A stretch of DNA of 64,000 nucleotides from a virus: IMG/VR virus record IMGVR_UViG_3300005918_000012. One strand, given 5' to 3'. The notes below the pieces were generated by a model. It was not told where the DNA came from. It saw nothing but the letters and a program-made list of their open reading frames with translations, and ran no database searches. The number at the start of each line of letters is the position of its first letter. Positions within the stretch are counted from its first letter, which is position 1. This document shows positions 34,560 to 44,020 of this stretch, one piece after another. The translations under genes and the position numbers were made by a program.

Positions 34560-37070
34560 ATGAATCCATTTAATAATGAAGAAGAACCCAGAGGAAACGT
34601 CCTCATTGAAGCAGGGTCTGGTTTAGCCGTCCCCCTTACTATGCAGAGGATGGATTTAGCTGGTCGAGTAACTCCTGCAGGAGCAATGCTCAGAGTAACC
34701 CATCAATTCAAGACTGAGAGTGATGGTCCGATTGAAGCTATCTATACATTTATGTTGCCCCGGAACGGTACGCTCAGACGATTCATCGTCAAGGGTGAGG
34801 ATTTCGAGGTTGAATCTAAACTGGAAGTTCGTAAAGAAGCAAGAGCTAAATACGAAGAAGGTGTTGAAGCAGGCCATCTGTCCGTTTTGGCAGAAGCTAA
34901 CCCTGATGGTATGGTCTCCTTGTCCGTTGGTCAAGTACAACCGGATGAGTTGATAACGGTTGTGATGGATATCATATCTGGTGTGGAACTCAAGGATAAT
35001 ACTTACAGATTCCGATTCCCGTTCACTTTAGCTCCCAGTTATCATGCTAGAGCTACAACTTCTTCGACAGGGAAAATGCAACTACCGACAGATGTATTTG
35101 GTGATCTTATTTTACCTGAGTGGAAGGATGATGCCAGCGGTCTTCATCAGGTATCGTTCACGATGAATGTTGAAGCAGCCGGTAAATTAGATTGCGTCTC
35201 CTCACCATCTCATCGTATTCAAGTCAGACCAAATGGAGAAGGTTCTGTTGAAATCAAATTGTCAAGTGCCGGAGATATTCCGAACCGTGACTTGGTTATT
35301 GATGTGCAGGCTAAAGAAGTTGAAGCCTCTGTATTTGCCGATACTAAGCTCGTCTCCAAGAAGACCAGTAAAGATGATCCCAAGATTCCGAAGGATGCTC
35401 CCCGATGGGCAGCTCTTGTCCCATCGAGCCTGATTCCGAAGATGAAGACAACCCCCAGAAGAGTTTGTTTCGTCTTGGATGATTCCGGTTCAATGAGTGG
35501 AGCACCTATCAAGCAGGGAAGATTAGCTCTCCGAGCCTGTTTGTCAGCTCTTAGGCCGACAGATGAGTTTGGTCTGATGTATTTCGGATCAAATTACACC
35601 AAGTTTGATGACAACATGGCCAAGGCCACCGATGCCAACCGGAAACGGGCAGATAAATTCATCGATCCGATTGGTGCTAGTAGTGGTGGGACAGAACTGG
35701 CTGCGGCTCTTGGAGCAGCTATAAGTATTCTGGATGGTTCTGGTGGGGATATTTTCCTGATGACCGATGGCCAAGTGTTTGAGTCCAGTACCATTATTGA
35801 ACAATGTGCTGCTGCTGGGACACGAGTTCACGTTCTGGGTATTGGATCAGCCAGTCAAGATAGATTCCTTGCAAGTCTTGCTCGTCGAACAAATGGTCAG
35901 CAGGGGATGGTTGGAGTGACCGAAGATATTACTTCTAAAGCATTGGGACTTTTCAATGCTGTCAGGCAACCTGTCCAGACCAATCTGAAAGCTTATGTTG
36001 TTACAGGTAAGAAAATGGCTCAGGAGCATGAAGTAGATGTTATCTGGGACGGTTATCCTATTTTGCTGACGGATGACGGTACAACCGGTCTGAACGCCCC
36101 CACAGCTATATCTTTTACATGGGGCAAAGGGAAACAAGCCAAGAAGGTCAAAGTTCCTATGAATTACATCCAAGAAGTTCCGAATGGTCTTTCTTGTCTT
36201 CTGTATGCAGGTCGTCAGGTTGAAGATCTGGAGAATGCTATAGATGCCGCTCTGAAAGATAGCCCTGCCAGAAAAAATTCAGAAATTATGCTGAAGGCTG
36301 TTTCAACGACTTACGGGCTGGCTAGTCAAGTGATGTCCCTGATTGCCGTTGTAAAACGAGCAGGGGATCAAGCTGGACAGCAACCGGAACAGAGAGTTGT
36401 GGCCGTGGGTACTCCTGAAGGAATGGCTAACCGCCAAAATAGTAGGGGTATGCTCCGTGGGATGCTCGTTGATTCTTGTAGTGTGATGCTCGTTGATTCT
36501 TGTAGTGTGAGTGGAGGAAGCAGTACCCGTTATGGATCTTCACCATCGGTTAATTATTGTGCTCAGACCCTCGGATTTATGGATGGTGAGCCTGAGAGAA
36601 GTACACAACCACTAGGTTTCAGAACTAGAACCAAGAGCTCTAGCTTATCAAGTTCGATAACTAAGGATCTTGAGAATCTTAATGATTCCATTACTGCTTA
36701 TAGTGCAGATGAGGATTACGGTTTGGTTTGTTATATAGTCAAACTTCAATCTGATGGTGGTTTACCAGGCCTTACTCGGAAGAAACGTGCCCATGAGACG
36801 GCTATTCTGGCTTTGGCTGCTCATATGGAAGATCAGGGCAGTGATTCTCCGAGCTACAGCCTCCATATAGAGAGGATGCTGGAATTCTTGAACCATTACC
36901 TTGACCTGAATGCTGGTAAAGACCCAAACATGGCTCTTTTGGTTGGGATTATTGAAGCAGGTCAGACTGCTTTAAATGAGGATTGCAGACAGATTCTCTG
37001 TAATAGTCCAATGTCAGGTGACTCTGAAATAAACTGGGCTCACCTATCAGGTGCTTTATCCAGCCTCTAA
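34560..37070 (+). CDS. VIT + von Willebrand factor A domain protein
   Basis: VIT 'IEAIYTFMLP...EARAKYEEGVEAGH', vWA MIDAS 'FVLDDSGSMSG', 'GGTEL', 'FLMTDGQV', 'VHVLGIG'. Confidence 0.92.
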   Translation: MNPFNNEEEPRGNVLIEAGSGLAVPLTMQRMDLAGRVTPAGAMLRVTHQFKTESDGPIEAIYTFMLPRNGTLRRFIVKGEDFEVESKLEVRKEARAKYEEGVEAGHLSVLAEANPDGMVSLSVGQVQPDELITVVMDIISGVELKDNTYRFRFPFTLAPSYHARATTSSTGKMQLPTDVFGDLILPEWKDDASGLHQVSFTMNVEAAGKLDCVSSPSHRIQVRPNGEGSVEIKLSSAGDIPNRDLVIDVQAKEVEASVFADTKLVSKKTSKDDPKIPKDAPRWAALVPSSLIPKMKTTPRRVCFVLDDSGSMSGAPIKQGRLALRACLSALRPTDEFGLMYFGSNYTKFDDNMAKATDANRKRADKFIDPIGASSGGTELAAALGAAISILDGSGGDIFLMTDGQVFESSTIIEQCAAAGTRVHVLGIGSASQDRFLASLARRTNGQQGMVGVTEDITSKALGLFNAVRQPVQTNLKAYVVTGKKMAQEHEVDVIWDGYPILLTDDGTTGLNAPTAISFTWGKGKQAKKVKVPMNYIQEVPNGLSCLLYAGRQVEDLENAIDAALKDSPARKNSEIMLKAVSTTYGLASQVMSLIAVVKRAGDQAGQQPEQRVVAVGTPEGMANRQNSRGMLRGMLVDSCSVMLVDSCSVSGGSSTRYGSSPSVNYCAQTLGFMDGEPERSTQPLGFRTRTKSSSLSSSITKDLENLNDSITAYSADEDYGLVCYIVKLQSDGGLPGLTRKKRAHETAILALAAHMEDQGSDSPSYSLHIERMLEFLNHYLDLNAGKDPNMALLVGIIEAGQTALNEDCRQILCNSPMSGDSEINWAHLSGALSSL
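36461..36508 (+). repeat. Exact in-frame 24-bp tandem duplication (MLVDSCSV x2)
   Basis: gatgctcgttgattcttgtagtgt repeated twice. Confidence 0.95.
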
Positions 37071-37092
37071 TCTCTACAAGTTGTAGTAATCT

Positions 37093-37127
37093 AAAGGAGT
37101 GTTCTCTCACGAGGGCACTCCTTTTTT
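37093..37127 (+). terminator. Rho-independent terminator ending the accessory island
   Basis: aaaggagtgttctc-tcac-gagggcactcctttttt. Confidence 0.85.
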
Positions 37128-37247
37128 CCATTTTTGGGTTTCGTTATATTGCTTATATTGCCCGTAAGAGTGAGGGTTAGAAATTTATGACTCTCCCTTC
37201 ACCTGTTAAATAGGTGTGGATCGAAACCGTAGATGGAGGTCTTTATA

Positions 37248-38084
37248 ATGCCGAATCTTGATAACAACACAGCAAACACCGGAGTAGGTGGAACATCGTA
37301 TATGTACGATTACGGGACAAGCCCGAACACCAGAACTGCGGTTAGCCAGAAAGTTCGTATTCTGACACCTCATGTTGGAAATACAACTACGATGGCTCAG
37401 ATGGGTGTGCTGTCTCAATTTAACCCCTCACAAAGCAGAACTGTTGAGCCTGTACGTGGTATAGGTTTCGGGGACAAGGTTTCCGAGCTGGTACCTTCCG
37501 TAACAGAACCGACAACTGGTAACTTTGAACGAGCACTCTTATACCTGTGTAACTTGTGGCAAGCCACTGGTTATGCTTCTGGTGTAGATGGCCCTGTTCG
37601 TTCCTTAGCTCATCACAAATGGCCTTTCGATGTTGAACAGCAAGTCGTGTTCAGTTCATTGGCTGATGAGGATCTAGGCGTTGCAAACATAGGTACTGGA
37701 AATGATGCCGGTACTTTCGATGGTGGTGTTAGCCAAGTCAATTACGGCAAGGTTACTCCAAATGAGAGCGTTACTGTTCCTGGTAATGGCGATCAAGGAC
37801 ATTCAGCCATCATTACAGTATACGAAGCCTGCTGGTTCAATAGCTGGTCAACCACTTTTGCCAAAGACTCTGGCCTTATTATGGAATCTGGTGATGTGAC
37901 CGTTACTGACGTACATGACTTTGCTTCTATCTATGGTGAGTTCATGGCTACTGGTAATGACCCAACGGTCGGACAACTTGGTTCCATTCGATATGCCGAA
38001 TCAGGCTTCGATGTAGCCGGTGTTGGAGGCCGAGTAAACGTAGGTGGTGAAGGCCAAGGACTCGTAGCTTTACAACAACCATAA
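37248..38084 (+). CDS. Tail tube protein
   Basis: 'GVLSQFNPSQSRTVEPVRGIG...ELVP' and 'TVYEACWFNSWSTTF...IMESGDVTVTDV' tube pattern. GGAGG SD before the ATG at 37248. Lies between sheath and chaperone/TMP genes. Confidence 0.85.
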   Translation: MPNLDNNTANTGVGGTSYMYDYGTSPNTRTAVSQKVRILTPHVGNTTTMAQMGVLSQFNPSQSRTVEPVRGIGFGDKVSELVPSVTEPTTGNFERALLYLCNLWQATGYASGVDGPVRSLAHHKWPFDVEQQVVFSSLADEDLGVANIGTGNDAGTFDGGVSQVNYGKVTPNESVTVPGNGDQGHSAIITVYEACWFNSWSTTFAKDSGLIMESGDVTVTDVHDFASIYGEFMATGNDPTVGQLGSIRYAESGFDVAGVGGRVNVGGEGQGLVALQQP

Positions 38085-38125
38085 ATCCATACTTTACTCT
38101 AACTGGGTAAAGTACAGGTAAACCT

Positions 38126-38277
38126 GGGAACAATCCAGCAGCCTGTTAAAACCGACATACTGACTGATAGACAAAAATTTTGAGCTTTTTACCTCCCCTC
38201 TTGGGATGGTTAGACAAATAAACTGACTGACTAACATGCTCATCTTGTGCTATCTAGGGCTGCTAAGGTTGTTTCCC
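38126..38277 (+). ncRNA. Candidate structured RNA/cis-element, copy B (leader of the tail chaperone gene)
   Basis: Outer stem gggaacaatccagcagcc / ggctgctaaggttgtttccc, two (NNAY)6 tracts followed by TTTTGAGC and TTGTGC, and an inner hairpin with a bulged U. Confidence 0.6.
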
Positions 38278-38301
38278 TTTACAGAAGGGAAATACGAATA
38301 A

Positions 38302-39546
38302 ATGGAACAGATTACACTTGATGCTCTGGAGAGTGCCCTCGCCCCTATCGAAGCCATCGGTAAAAGTGAGATTACTTTCAATGTAAACGGGTCGGACTCG
38401 AATACTATCGTGACGCTACGGATGCTTCTTCCAGAAGAAGGAATCATGGCTCAGAGGTATGCTTCGGAGGTCTTAGATGATAAGAATCAGAAAAGCCACG
38501 ATGCTTTGGAGTATCTGGAACGGTTCAAGATTGGCCTTCTTTCTTATTCTCTGGTGGCTATAGGTCCTCTCGATCTTCATGATGTTAAATACATTGAGAC
38601 AGGGGAGAAACTAGAGACAGGAGTAGCCATTAAGGAACCTACACATATTGCTATGCGTAGACTACTCCTTCGATGGACTCAGGATATCCGAACTCGGATG
38701 TTCAACAAACACTCTGAATTATTAACCAGAGTCGAAATGGCTGCCGAGAAAGCTATTGAGTTCGACCCTGTTGATCTAGCTCTTGAGATTGAAAGAGTTG
38801 AGAAACGTCTTGAAATGTTAAAGACGGCTCAGGAACAAGATCCAAATGCTGCTCCGTCCATTATTCGGGATCAGGTTAAAGACATTGTTAAAATGGATAA
38901 AATGGATTCTCAAGGTCGTCGAGAAGCCGTTGATAAATTGAGGGATAAACAGGCCGGTATAGTTACACCACAGGCGGAAGAACCAGTAGCCTCTGAGCAA
39001 GCTCCCGAGCAAGCTCCTGTAAAAGAGTCTTTTTATGAAGATGTTGGCACACCTCCTCCTGAACAAGAACCACCCCAAGCTCAACCAGAACCACTCCAAG
39101 CTCAACCTGAACCTCAAACTGCTCCCCAACCTACTCCACAAGCTCCGCCAGCATACCCAGATCAGTCGTTTGTTGATACAGGGGATACTGATGGGATGTT
39201 AGCTGCTGTAGAGGCTGAGAACCAGCGTTTGCTGGCTGCTCGTGCCGGAACTTTACCACCTGCTCCCGGGGCTATGAATGCAATGAGGGCAGAAAAGGTA
39301 GCCCAACAAGCACCTCACTTGGCTGCCCGAGTAGTAAGTGAAGAACTGCAATCTGAGGAACTCCAGATATTACAAGCTACTCGTAAAGCAATGGCCGAGC
39401 CTACAGAGAAGCTAGGAGATGTTGATGTTTTCAAAGCACCTACGGAAACCTTGGATCGTCGTCCCCCTGCTGATGCTCCCGTTAGATCGGCTGCTATAAA
39501 TAAATCTAACAATCCTCGGTTCACTCCAGTTAAAAAAGGTTTGTAA
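38302..39546 (+). CDS. Putative tail assembly chaperone with a long Pro/Gln/Glu-rich tail
   Basis: Position between tube and tape measure. N-terminal 'IVTLRMLLPEE...LERFKIGLLSYSLVAI'. Confidence 0.55.
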   Translation: MEQITLDALESALAPIEAIGKSEITFNVNGSDSNTIVTLRMLLPEEGIMAQRYASEVLDDKNQKSHDALEYLERFKIGLLSYSLVAIGPLDLHDVKYIETGEKLETGVAIKEPTHIAMRRLLLRWTQDIRTRMFNKHSELLTRVEMAAEKAIEFDPVDLALEIERVEKRLEMLKTAQEQDPNAAPSIIRDQVKDIVKMDKMDSQGRREAVDKLRDKQAGIVTPQAEEPVASEQAPEQAPVKESFYEDVGTPPPEQEPPQAQPEPLQAQPEPQTAPQPTPQAPPAYPDQSFVDTGDTDGMLAAVEAENQRLLAARAGTLPPAPGAMNAMRAEKVAQQAPHLAARVVSEELQSEELQILQATRKAMAEPTEKLGDVDVFKAPTETLDRRPPADAPVRSAAINKSNNPRFTPVKKGL

Positions 39547-39549
39547 CTT

Positions 39550-40713
39550 ATGCCACCATTGCCGAAAACAACACCAGAACAACGATCCTTATTATATAAG
39601 GACGTTGAAGATCTGATAAGTATGGGATTCTTGTCTCATTCTGTCAGTGTTGCTGGGTCACGGTTGTCTTTTCGGGCTTTGACTTCGGGAGATCTTTTCC
39701 TACTTAGAACTCACGGAGAAGATTTGGATTGGCAGACTTGGTTGGTAGCTTCATCCGTTTGGATGGTGGATGGTTATAACCTTTTAGGAGAACCTAATTC
39801 TGCATACCATATTCATAAAATGATTAAGAAAGTCCCTCCTGCTGTATTGGATGTTTTATTTAGTATTGTCAAGGGGTTATTCCTTCGGCAGGATAATGCT
39901 GTTGGTGCAACGGAGGCTTATTGCTATGAGAATGTTTCACGATTTAGGTGGAAGGCTGGTAGCCGTTCTTCTGTGGGGGGTAACTCAGGAATTCAAGGGT
40001 CAGAACGGTTTGGGCTTAACTCTGTAACACAGATGTGGAGTTTTTTTAATACTATTGAGGATAAACGTGAATATGATGAAACTCAATGGAACGGTTTTAA
40101 ACTGACAGCTTCGGCAACATCCCCTAAAGGAGTACAGAAGATTGATAAACAGGATCGGAGTCGTCATGAACAAGAAGAAAACCGCCGGCAGGATGTGTTG
40201 GATAGGTTTTATTATGTTCGTCGAGGGATCGTTTCTCCAGAATCTAAACCAACAGATAGTAACTCAATTTCCATTCGAGCTAAGTCTGTAGATGACCTTG
40301 AGGGTGAGATGCAGCGGTGGGTAAGTGGTGATGAGGATTTCCATGATAAGGTCGTTACTAAATATAAGACCGATATTACCCATAGGTATGACACTGAACG
40401 AGAAGACCGAGAAGTCCGACGGCAGTTGTTACAAAAGAAATATGAAGAAATGGAATTAGATACACGACCACAACCTCTGGTTGGTTATACTTTGGATCAG
40501 CTATCGGAGGTTGTAAAGAGTCGGAAGCCAGGTGTGGCTCAGATTCAAAATAACTTTAAAGGAACACAAGAGAAAATGTATCATCGTCATTTGCATCAAG
40601 CTGAAAAAGGTCTATTGAAGTCCGAAGGGGATCGTTTAGAAGCCCCACCTGCTGATATGGCTCTGATGGATTTGATCTCTGATCGAAAAGTTTCTTTCAA
40701 GGTGGAGGATTGA
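39550..40713 (+). CDS. Putative second tail assembly chaperone-like protein
   Basis: Position immediately before the tape measure gene. Confidence 0.5.
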   Translation: MPPLPKTTPEQRSLLYKDVEDLISMGFLSHSVSVAGSRLSFRALTSGDLFLLRTHGEDLDWQTWLVASSVWMVDGYNLLGEPNSAYHIHKMIKKVPPAVLDVLFSIVKGLFLRQDNAVGATEAYCYENVSRFRWKAGSRSSVGGNSGIQGSERFGLNSVTQMWSFFNTIEDKREYDETQWNGFKLTASATSPKGVQKIDKQDRSRHEQEENRRQDVLDRFYYVRRGIVSPESKPTDSNSISIRAKSVDDLEGEMQRWVSGDEDFHDKVVTKYKTDITHRYDTEREDREVRRQLLQKKYEEMELDTRPQPLVGYTLDQLSEVVKSRKPGVAQIQNNFKGTQEKMYHRHLHQAEKGLLKSEGDRLEAPPADMALMDLISDRKVSFKVED

Positions 40714-40717
40714 GAAC

Positions 40718-43700
40718 ATGGATACAGTAACAGCAGCTTTAGCTTTCACACTTGAGATGGAAACTAAGAATATGAATAAATCCATAACTGAGATGAAATC
40801 TATCCTGCAGAAAGGCACACATGACGCAGTTTCCAAAGGTTTGACTGAAGGACTTTCAGGGAAACAAATGCAAAGAGCTCAGAAAACTATGGAAGCTAAT
40901 GCTATAGAGATTTCTAAAATACAAGAAAAAATGCATGATGAGACCCTGAAAATTGAACTTTTCAAAGATAAGTCCAGTAAAAAAAGACAGTTAGAAGAAG
41001 CACAGTTTGAAAAAGACCGTTTAGGTAAAGACCTGAAGAATAAAGCTGCTGCTGCACAAGATCAATATGACAGGATTGATAATCTATCTAAAACACTTGA
41101 TGCAATGCATAAGAAAGATGAGAGTAGTCTCCAAGCTACGGTAGGAAAAACTGTTGAGAGTTTCGGTGAAGGGATGCATGAGATTTTTTCAGATATGTCT
41201 TCTGGGGATGTTGGTAATATTCTTGGAGTTATTGGGAAAGGTGCTGCTAAACTTCAGCAAGTACAAGCTAAAGCCGTAGCTGCTAAAGAAGCCGGTGCCG
41301 GTGGAGGTATGGCTAAGATTGCTGGGATAATGTCTAAACTAGCTCCTATTTTAGTGACTATTGGAGCTATAGCTGCTGGGTTTGCTGCTATCGTAAAAAT
41401 CATTATGGATGCCGATGCTGAAGCCAAAGGACTTCACAGAACTCTATTAGAGGGAGGGGTTTCTGTTGGAGATATGGTAGTAAAAGCTGGTGATCTTGAA
41501 CAGTCTTTTAAGGATATCCGAGAAGCTGCTATAGATCCAACTAATAACTGGGATTGGGGAACACAAGCAGCAGATCAGATGAAAATTATCGGTGCATTCA
41601 ATGAAACTGGATATACTATGAAGGAGATGGTTGAGAACATAGGTAAGGGTGAGACGCAAATGAATGCTTACCAGAGAGCTACAGCTTCAGCTCTGACATA
41701 TTCAAAGCTATTAGGTGAGTCGGCAGAAAAAGTAGCCCAAGATATGACGGGAATGATGGAGCAATTAGGTCATTCATTAAGTGGTGTTCGAGATAATTTT
41801 GCTGCTATTTATGATGCTGCTCAGATGAGTGGTTTCGGTACTAAACGGTTCTTTGGGATGGTTCTTCAAGCTACTACAGGGATGAGCATGTATAATGTTA
41901 GACTCGAACAAACTACGTCTATGTTGGTTAATTTGAGTAAGATTCTTGGAACTAAGTTCGGAGCTGATTTTTTCCAGAAGTTGACAGGCCAGTTTTCAGG
42001 GGATAGTGCTCAAGAAGGTATGAAGAAAATCCTGTTACGTGGTGGAGAAGCAGTATCAGCTACTCTACAAAGTCAGGCTGAATATACTGCTGATGGGGTT
42101 ATGGATATTTTCAAAGGGCATTTAGGAGATGACTTTTCTAAGGGGTTGAAAGATATTTTTGGTAAAGAAGGTACCAAGTTGGCAGACCAACTTGGTGATG
42201 CTGATACCAGAGGAGAAGGGATTACTTCCCTTGTGTCCATGTTAGGGAAAATGAGTGGTAAGGATCAAGGGGCAGCTTTTGTTGAAATTGAGAAGAAGAT
42301 AGGTTCTGATGCAGCCCGACAATTCCAGCAGTTGCTGATTCAGACAAATGGTATCAATGGCTCACAGGGAGAGCAGATAACAGCTCTGAGGGCTCTGGGT
42401 CCGGGTGGTGTCTTGGCAGATCAGATGACTAGGATGATGAAAGTAACCGGGGCTAAGAACATGTCCGAATTAGGAGAGAAGCTGAGTGTTATAAGTCAAA
42501 ATACGCTTGAAAGTATGGATGGGATGGATTCTGCAAATAGAGATCAAATGTTAGCAATGGCCACGAGCACTGGTGCCCACTGGAGTGATATGAAAAAACT
42601 CCAGGAAAGAATGGGAGCTGAGGAGTTTCAAGGTAAAGAAGGGCAAGCCAAGTTGTTAGCTGAACAGACAAAACAAATTAACACCTGGGGAGCTACTGCT
42701 ACTAAGGATGGTAAAATTTGGCAATCTAAGTTAGATAAAAACGGGGAGATTCAGAGAACTGGTTTTAAAGCACTGGAGGATGAAAAAGATTTGTTGATGG
42801 GCAGAGCAAAAGCTGATGAAAATATTAAAGAGATAATGACTGAACAGGAAGCCTTGGCTAAACTGACAGCAGATGCTACTACAGATATGAGTGCTTATTT
42901 AGAAATGGGTGTCAAGTATTTCCTGAATGGTATCTATAATACTACTCAGAGTATTTTAGGGGCTATAACAGGTAAGAGCTTAGAGCCTGATGAAATAAAA
43001 GCAAGGGATGAGGCATTAAATAAGCAGCAAGGTATTTCATCGAGTATTGTTGATTTGATAACTCAAAAAACAAAACAAATTGATAAGGTCCGACGGGAAA
43101 AAGAAAAAGCTAGTGGACCAGAAAGAAAAGAACTAGAGAAAGAGTTAAAAACTTTACTGTCTGATAAAATTGATGCAAAATCACAATTGAAAATAAGTCA
43201 GAGTATGGAAAGAGAGCTTCTAAAGATAACAGGCGGTGGTTGGTTTGGTAGGGACAAAACAACACCTGTTATGGAAAAAGAAGTCCGAGAAAAAGTAGTT
43301 AATGATCAATTAGGGCGTACCGAAAAGATATTGCATAAGACGATGAAATCAGACACTCCTGTAGCTTTCAATGAGCAGAAACTCATACAAAGATTACGGA
43401 AAAGTAACTCAGAAGAACTGGATGCATTATTAAAATTAAGAGATGAAGGTAAAGATTACAAAGAAAAGCTCTACGAACTGGGTGAAGAGGCTTATCAAAA
43501 ACAGATAGAGGCTGCAAAGACGTTATCCCACCAAGAAGGTCTTGATGCTGACACACGTCAGAAAAATCAAGTAGAAGCAGATCAAGGACAAACCACTAAG
43601 GAGAGAGCTTCTGCTTATGCAACGGCTGATCAAAAGGAACGACTCCGAAGGATACTTAGTGGTATAACGGACAAGAAAGTTTCTGATCGGATGGTAAATC

Positions 43701-44017
43701 AAGTTATAAATGGAGGACAGCTTAAAGGAGTGGACTCCGAGCAACTGATGAACACGCTGGATGCTTGGAACTATAAAAACCAAACTGGCCTAGAACCCCC
43801 AATAATACAAGGTCAAGATTTCATAAGCACTCCAAATGGTCAGCTTATAAATCCCTCAGATAAAGATACTGTAATGGGATTCAAAAAGAATGGTCCTATA
43901 GCAAAAGCATTTGGTAAGTCCGGTGGAGGTACCGTTAATAATTTCAACCTTTACAACGATGGTCAGCAGTCTTTAGCAGCCATTGTAAAAGCTCAACGAG
44001 CAGGAGTGATAGCGTAA
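40718..44017 (+). CDS. Tape measure protein
   Basis: 1099 aa, helical, rich in Ala/Gly/Lys/Met/Gln, one hydrophobic segment (LAPILVTIGAIAAGFAAIVKII), and canonical position. Confidence 0.8.
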   Translation: MDTVTAALAFTLEMETKNMNKSITEMKSILQKGTHDAVSKGLTEGLSGKQMQRAQKTMEANAIEISKIQEKMHDETLKIELFKDKSSKKRQLEEAQFEKDRLGKDLKNKAAAAQDQYDRIDNLSKTLDAMHKKDESSLQATVGKTVESFGEGMHEIFSDMSSGDVGNILGVIGKGAAKLQQVQAKAVAAKEAGAGGGMAKIAGIMSKLAPILVTIGAIAAGFAAIVKIIMDADAEAKGLHRTLLEGGVSVGDMVVKAGDLEQSFKDIREAAIDPTNNWDWGTQAADQMKIIGAFNETGYTMKEMVENIGKGETQMNAYQRATASALTYSKLLGESAEKVAQDMTGMMEQLGHSLSGVRDNFAAIYDAAQMSGFGTKRFFGMVLQATTGMSMYNVRLEQTTSMLVNLSKILGTKFGADFFQKLTGQFSGDSAQEGMKKILLRGGEAVSATLQSQAEYTADGVMDIFKGHLGDDFSKGLKDIFGKEGTKLADQLGDADTRGEGITSLVSMLGKMSGKDQGAAFVEIEKKIGSDAARQFQQLLIQTNGINGSQGEQITALRALGPGGVLADQMTRMMKVTGAKNMSELGEKLSVISQNTLESMDGMDSANRDQMLAMATSTGAHWSDMKKLQERMGAEEFQGKEGQAKLLAEQTKQINTWGATATKDGKIWQSKLDKNGEIQRTGFKALEDEKDLLMGRAKADENIKEIMTEQEALAKLTADATTDMSAYLEMGVKYFLNGIYNTTQSILGAITGKSLEPDEIKARDEALNKQQGISSSIVDLITQKTKQIDKVRREKEKASGPERKELEKELKTLLSDKIDAKSQLKISQSMERELLKITGGGWFGRDKTTPVMEKEVREKVVNDQLGRTEKILHKTMKSDTPVAFNEQKLIQRLRKSNSEELDALLKLRDEGKDYKEKLYELGEEAYQKQIEAAKTLSHQEGLDADTRQKNQVEADQGQTTKERASAYATADQKERLRRILSGITDKKVSDRMVNQVINGGQLKGVDSEQLMNTLDAWNYKNQTGLEPPIIQGQDFISTPNGQLINPSDKDTVMGFKKNGPIAKAFGKSGGGTVNNFNLYNDGQQSLAAIVKAQRAGVIA

Positions 44018-44020
44018 CCG

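Noticed and set aside
26317-38277. Interpreting the two NNAY elements as a CRISPR or TIGR-like array
   Set aside because: There are only two dispersed units. The variable parts are periodic low-complexity tracts rather than unique spacers, and no Cas or Nop-domain gene is recognisable in the window.
38990-39160. Pro/Gln-rich quasi-repeats (caagctcaacc/gaacc) in the chaperone gene, and the AAPVA repeat near 1826-1859
   Set aside because: Ordinary low-complexity linker coding sequence
39525-39552. Programmed -1 frameshift between the two tail chaperone genes (gttaaaaaaggtttg)
   Set aside because: ORF 39550 is in the same frame as ORF 38302, separated by TAA-CTT, so a -1 shift would not fuse them. 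TAA readthrough is unlikely.
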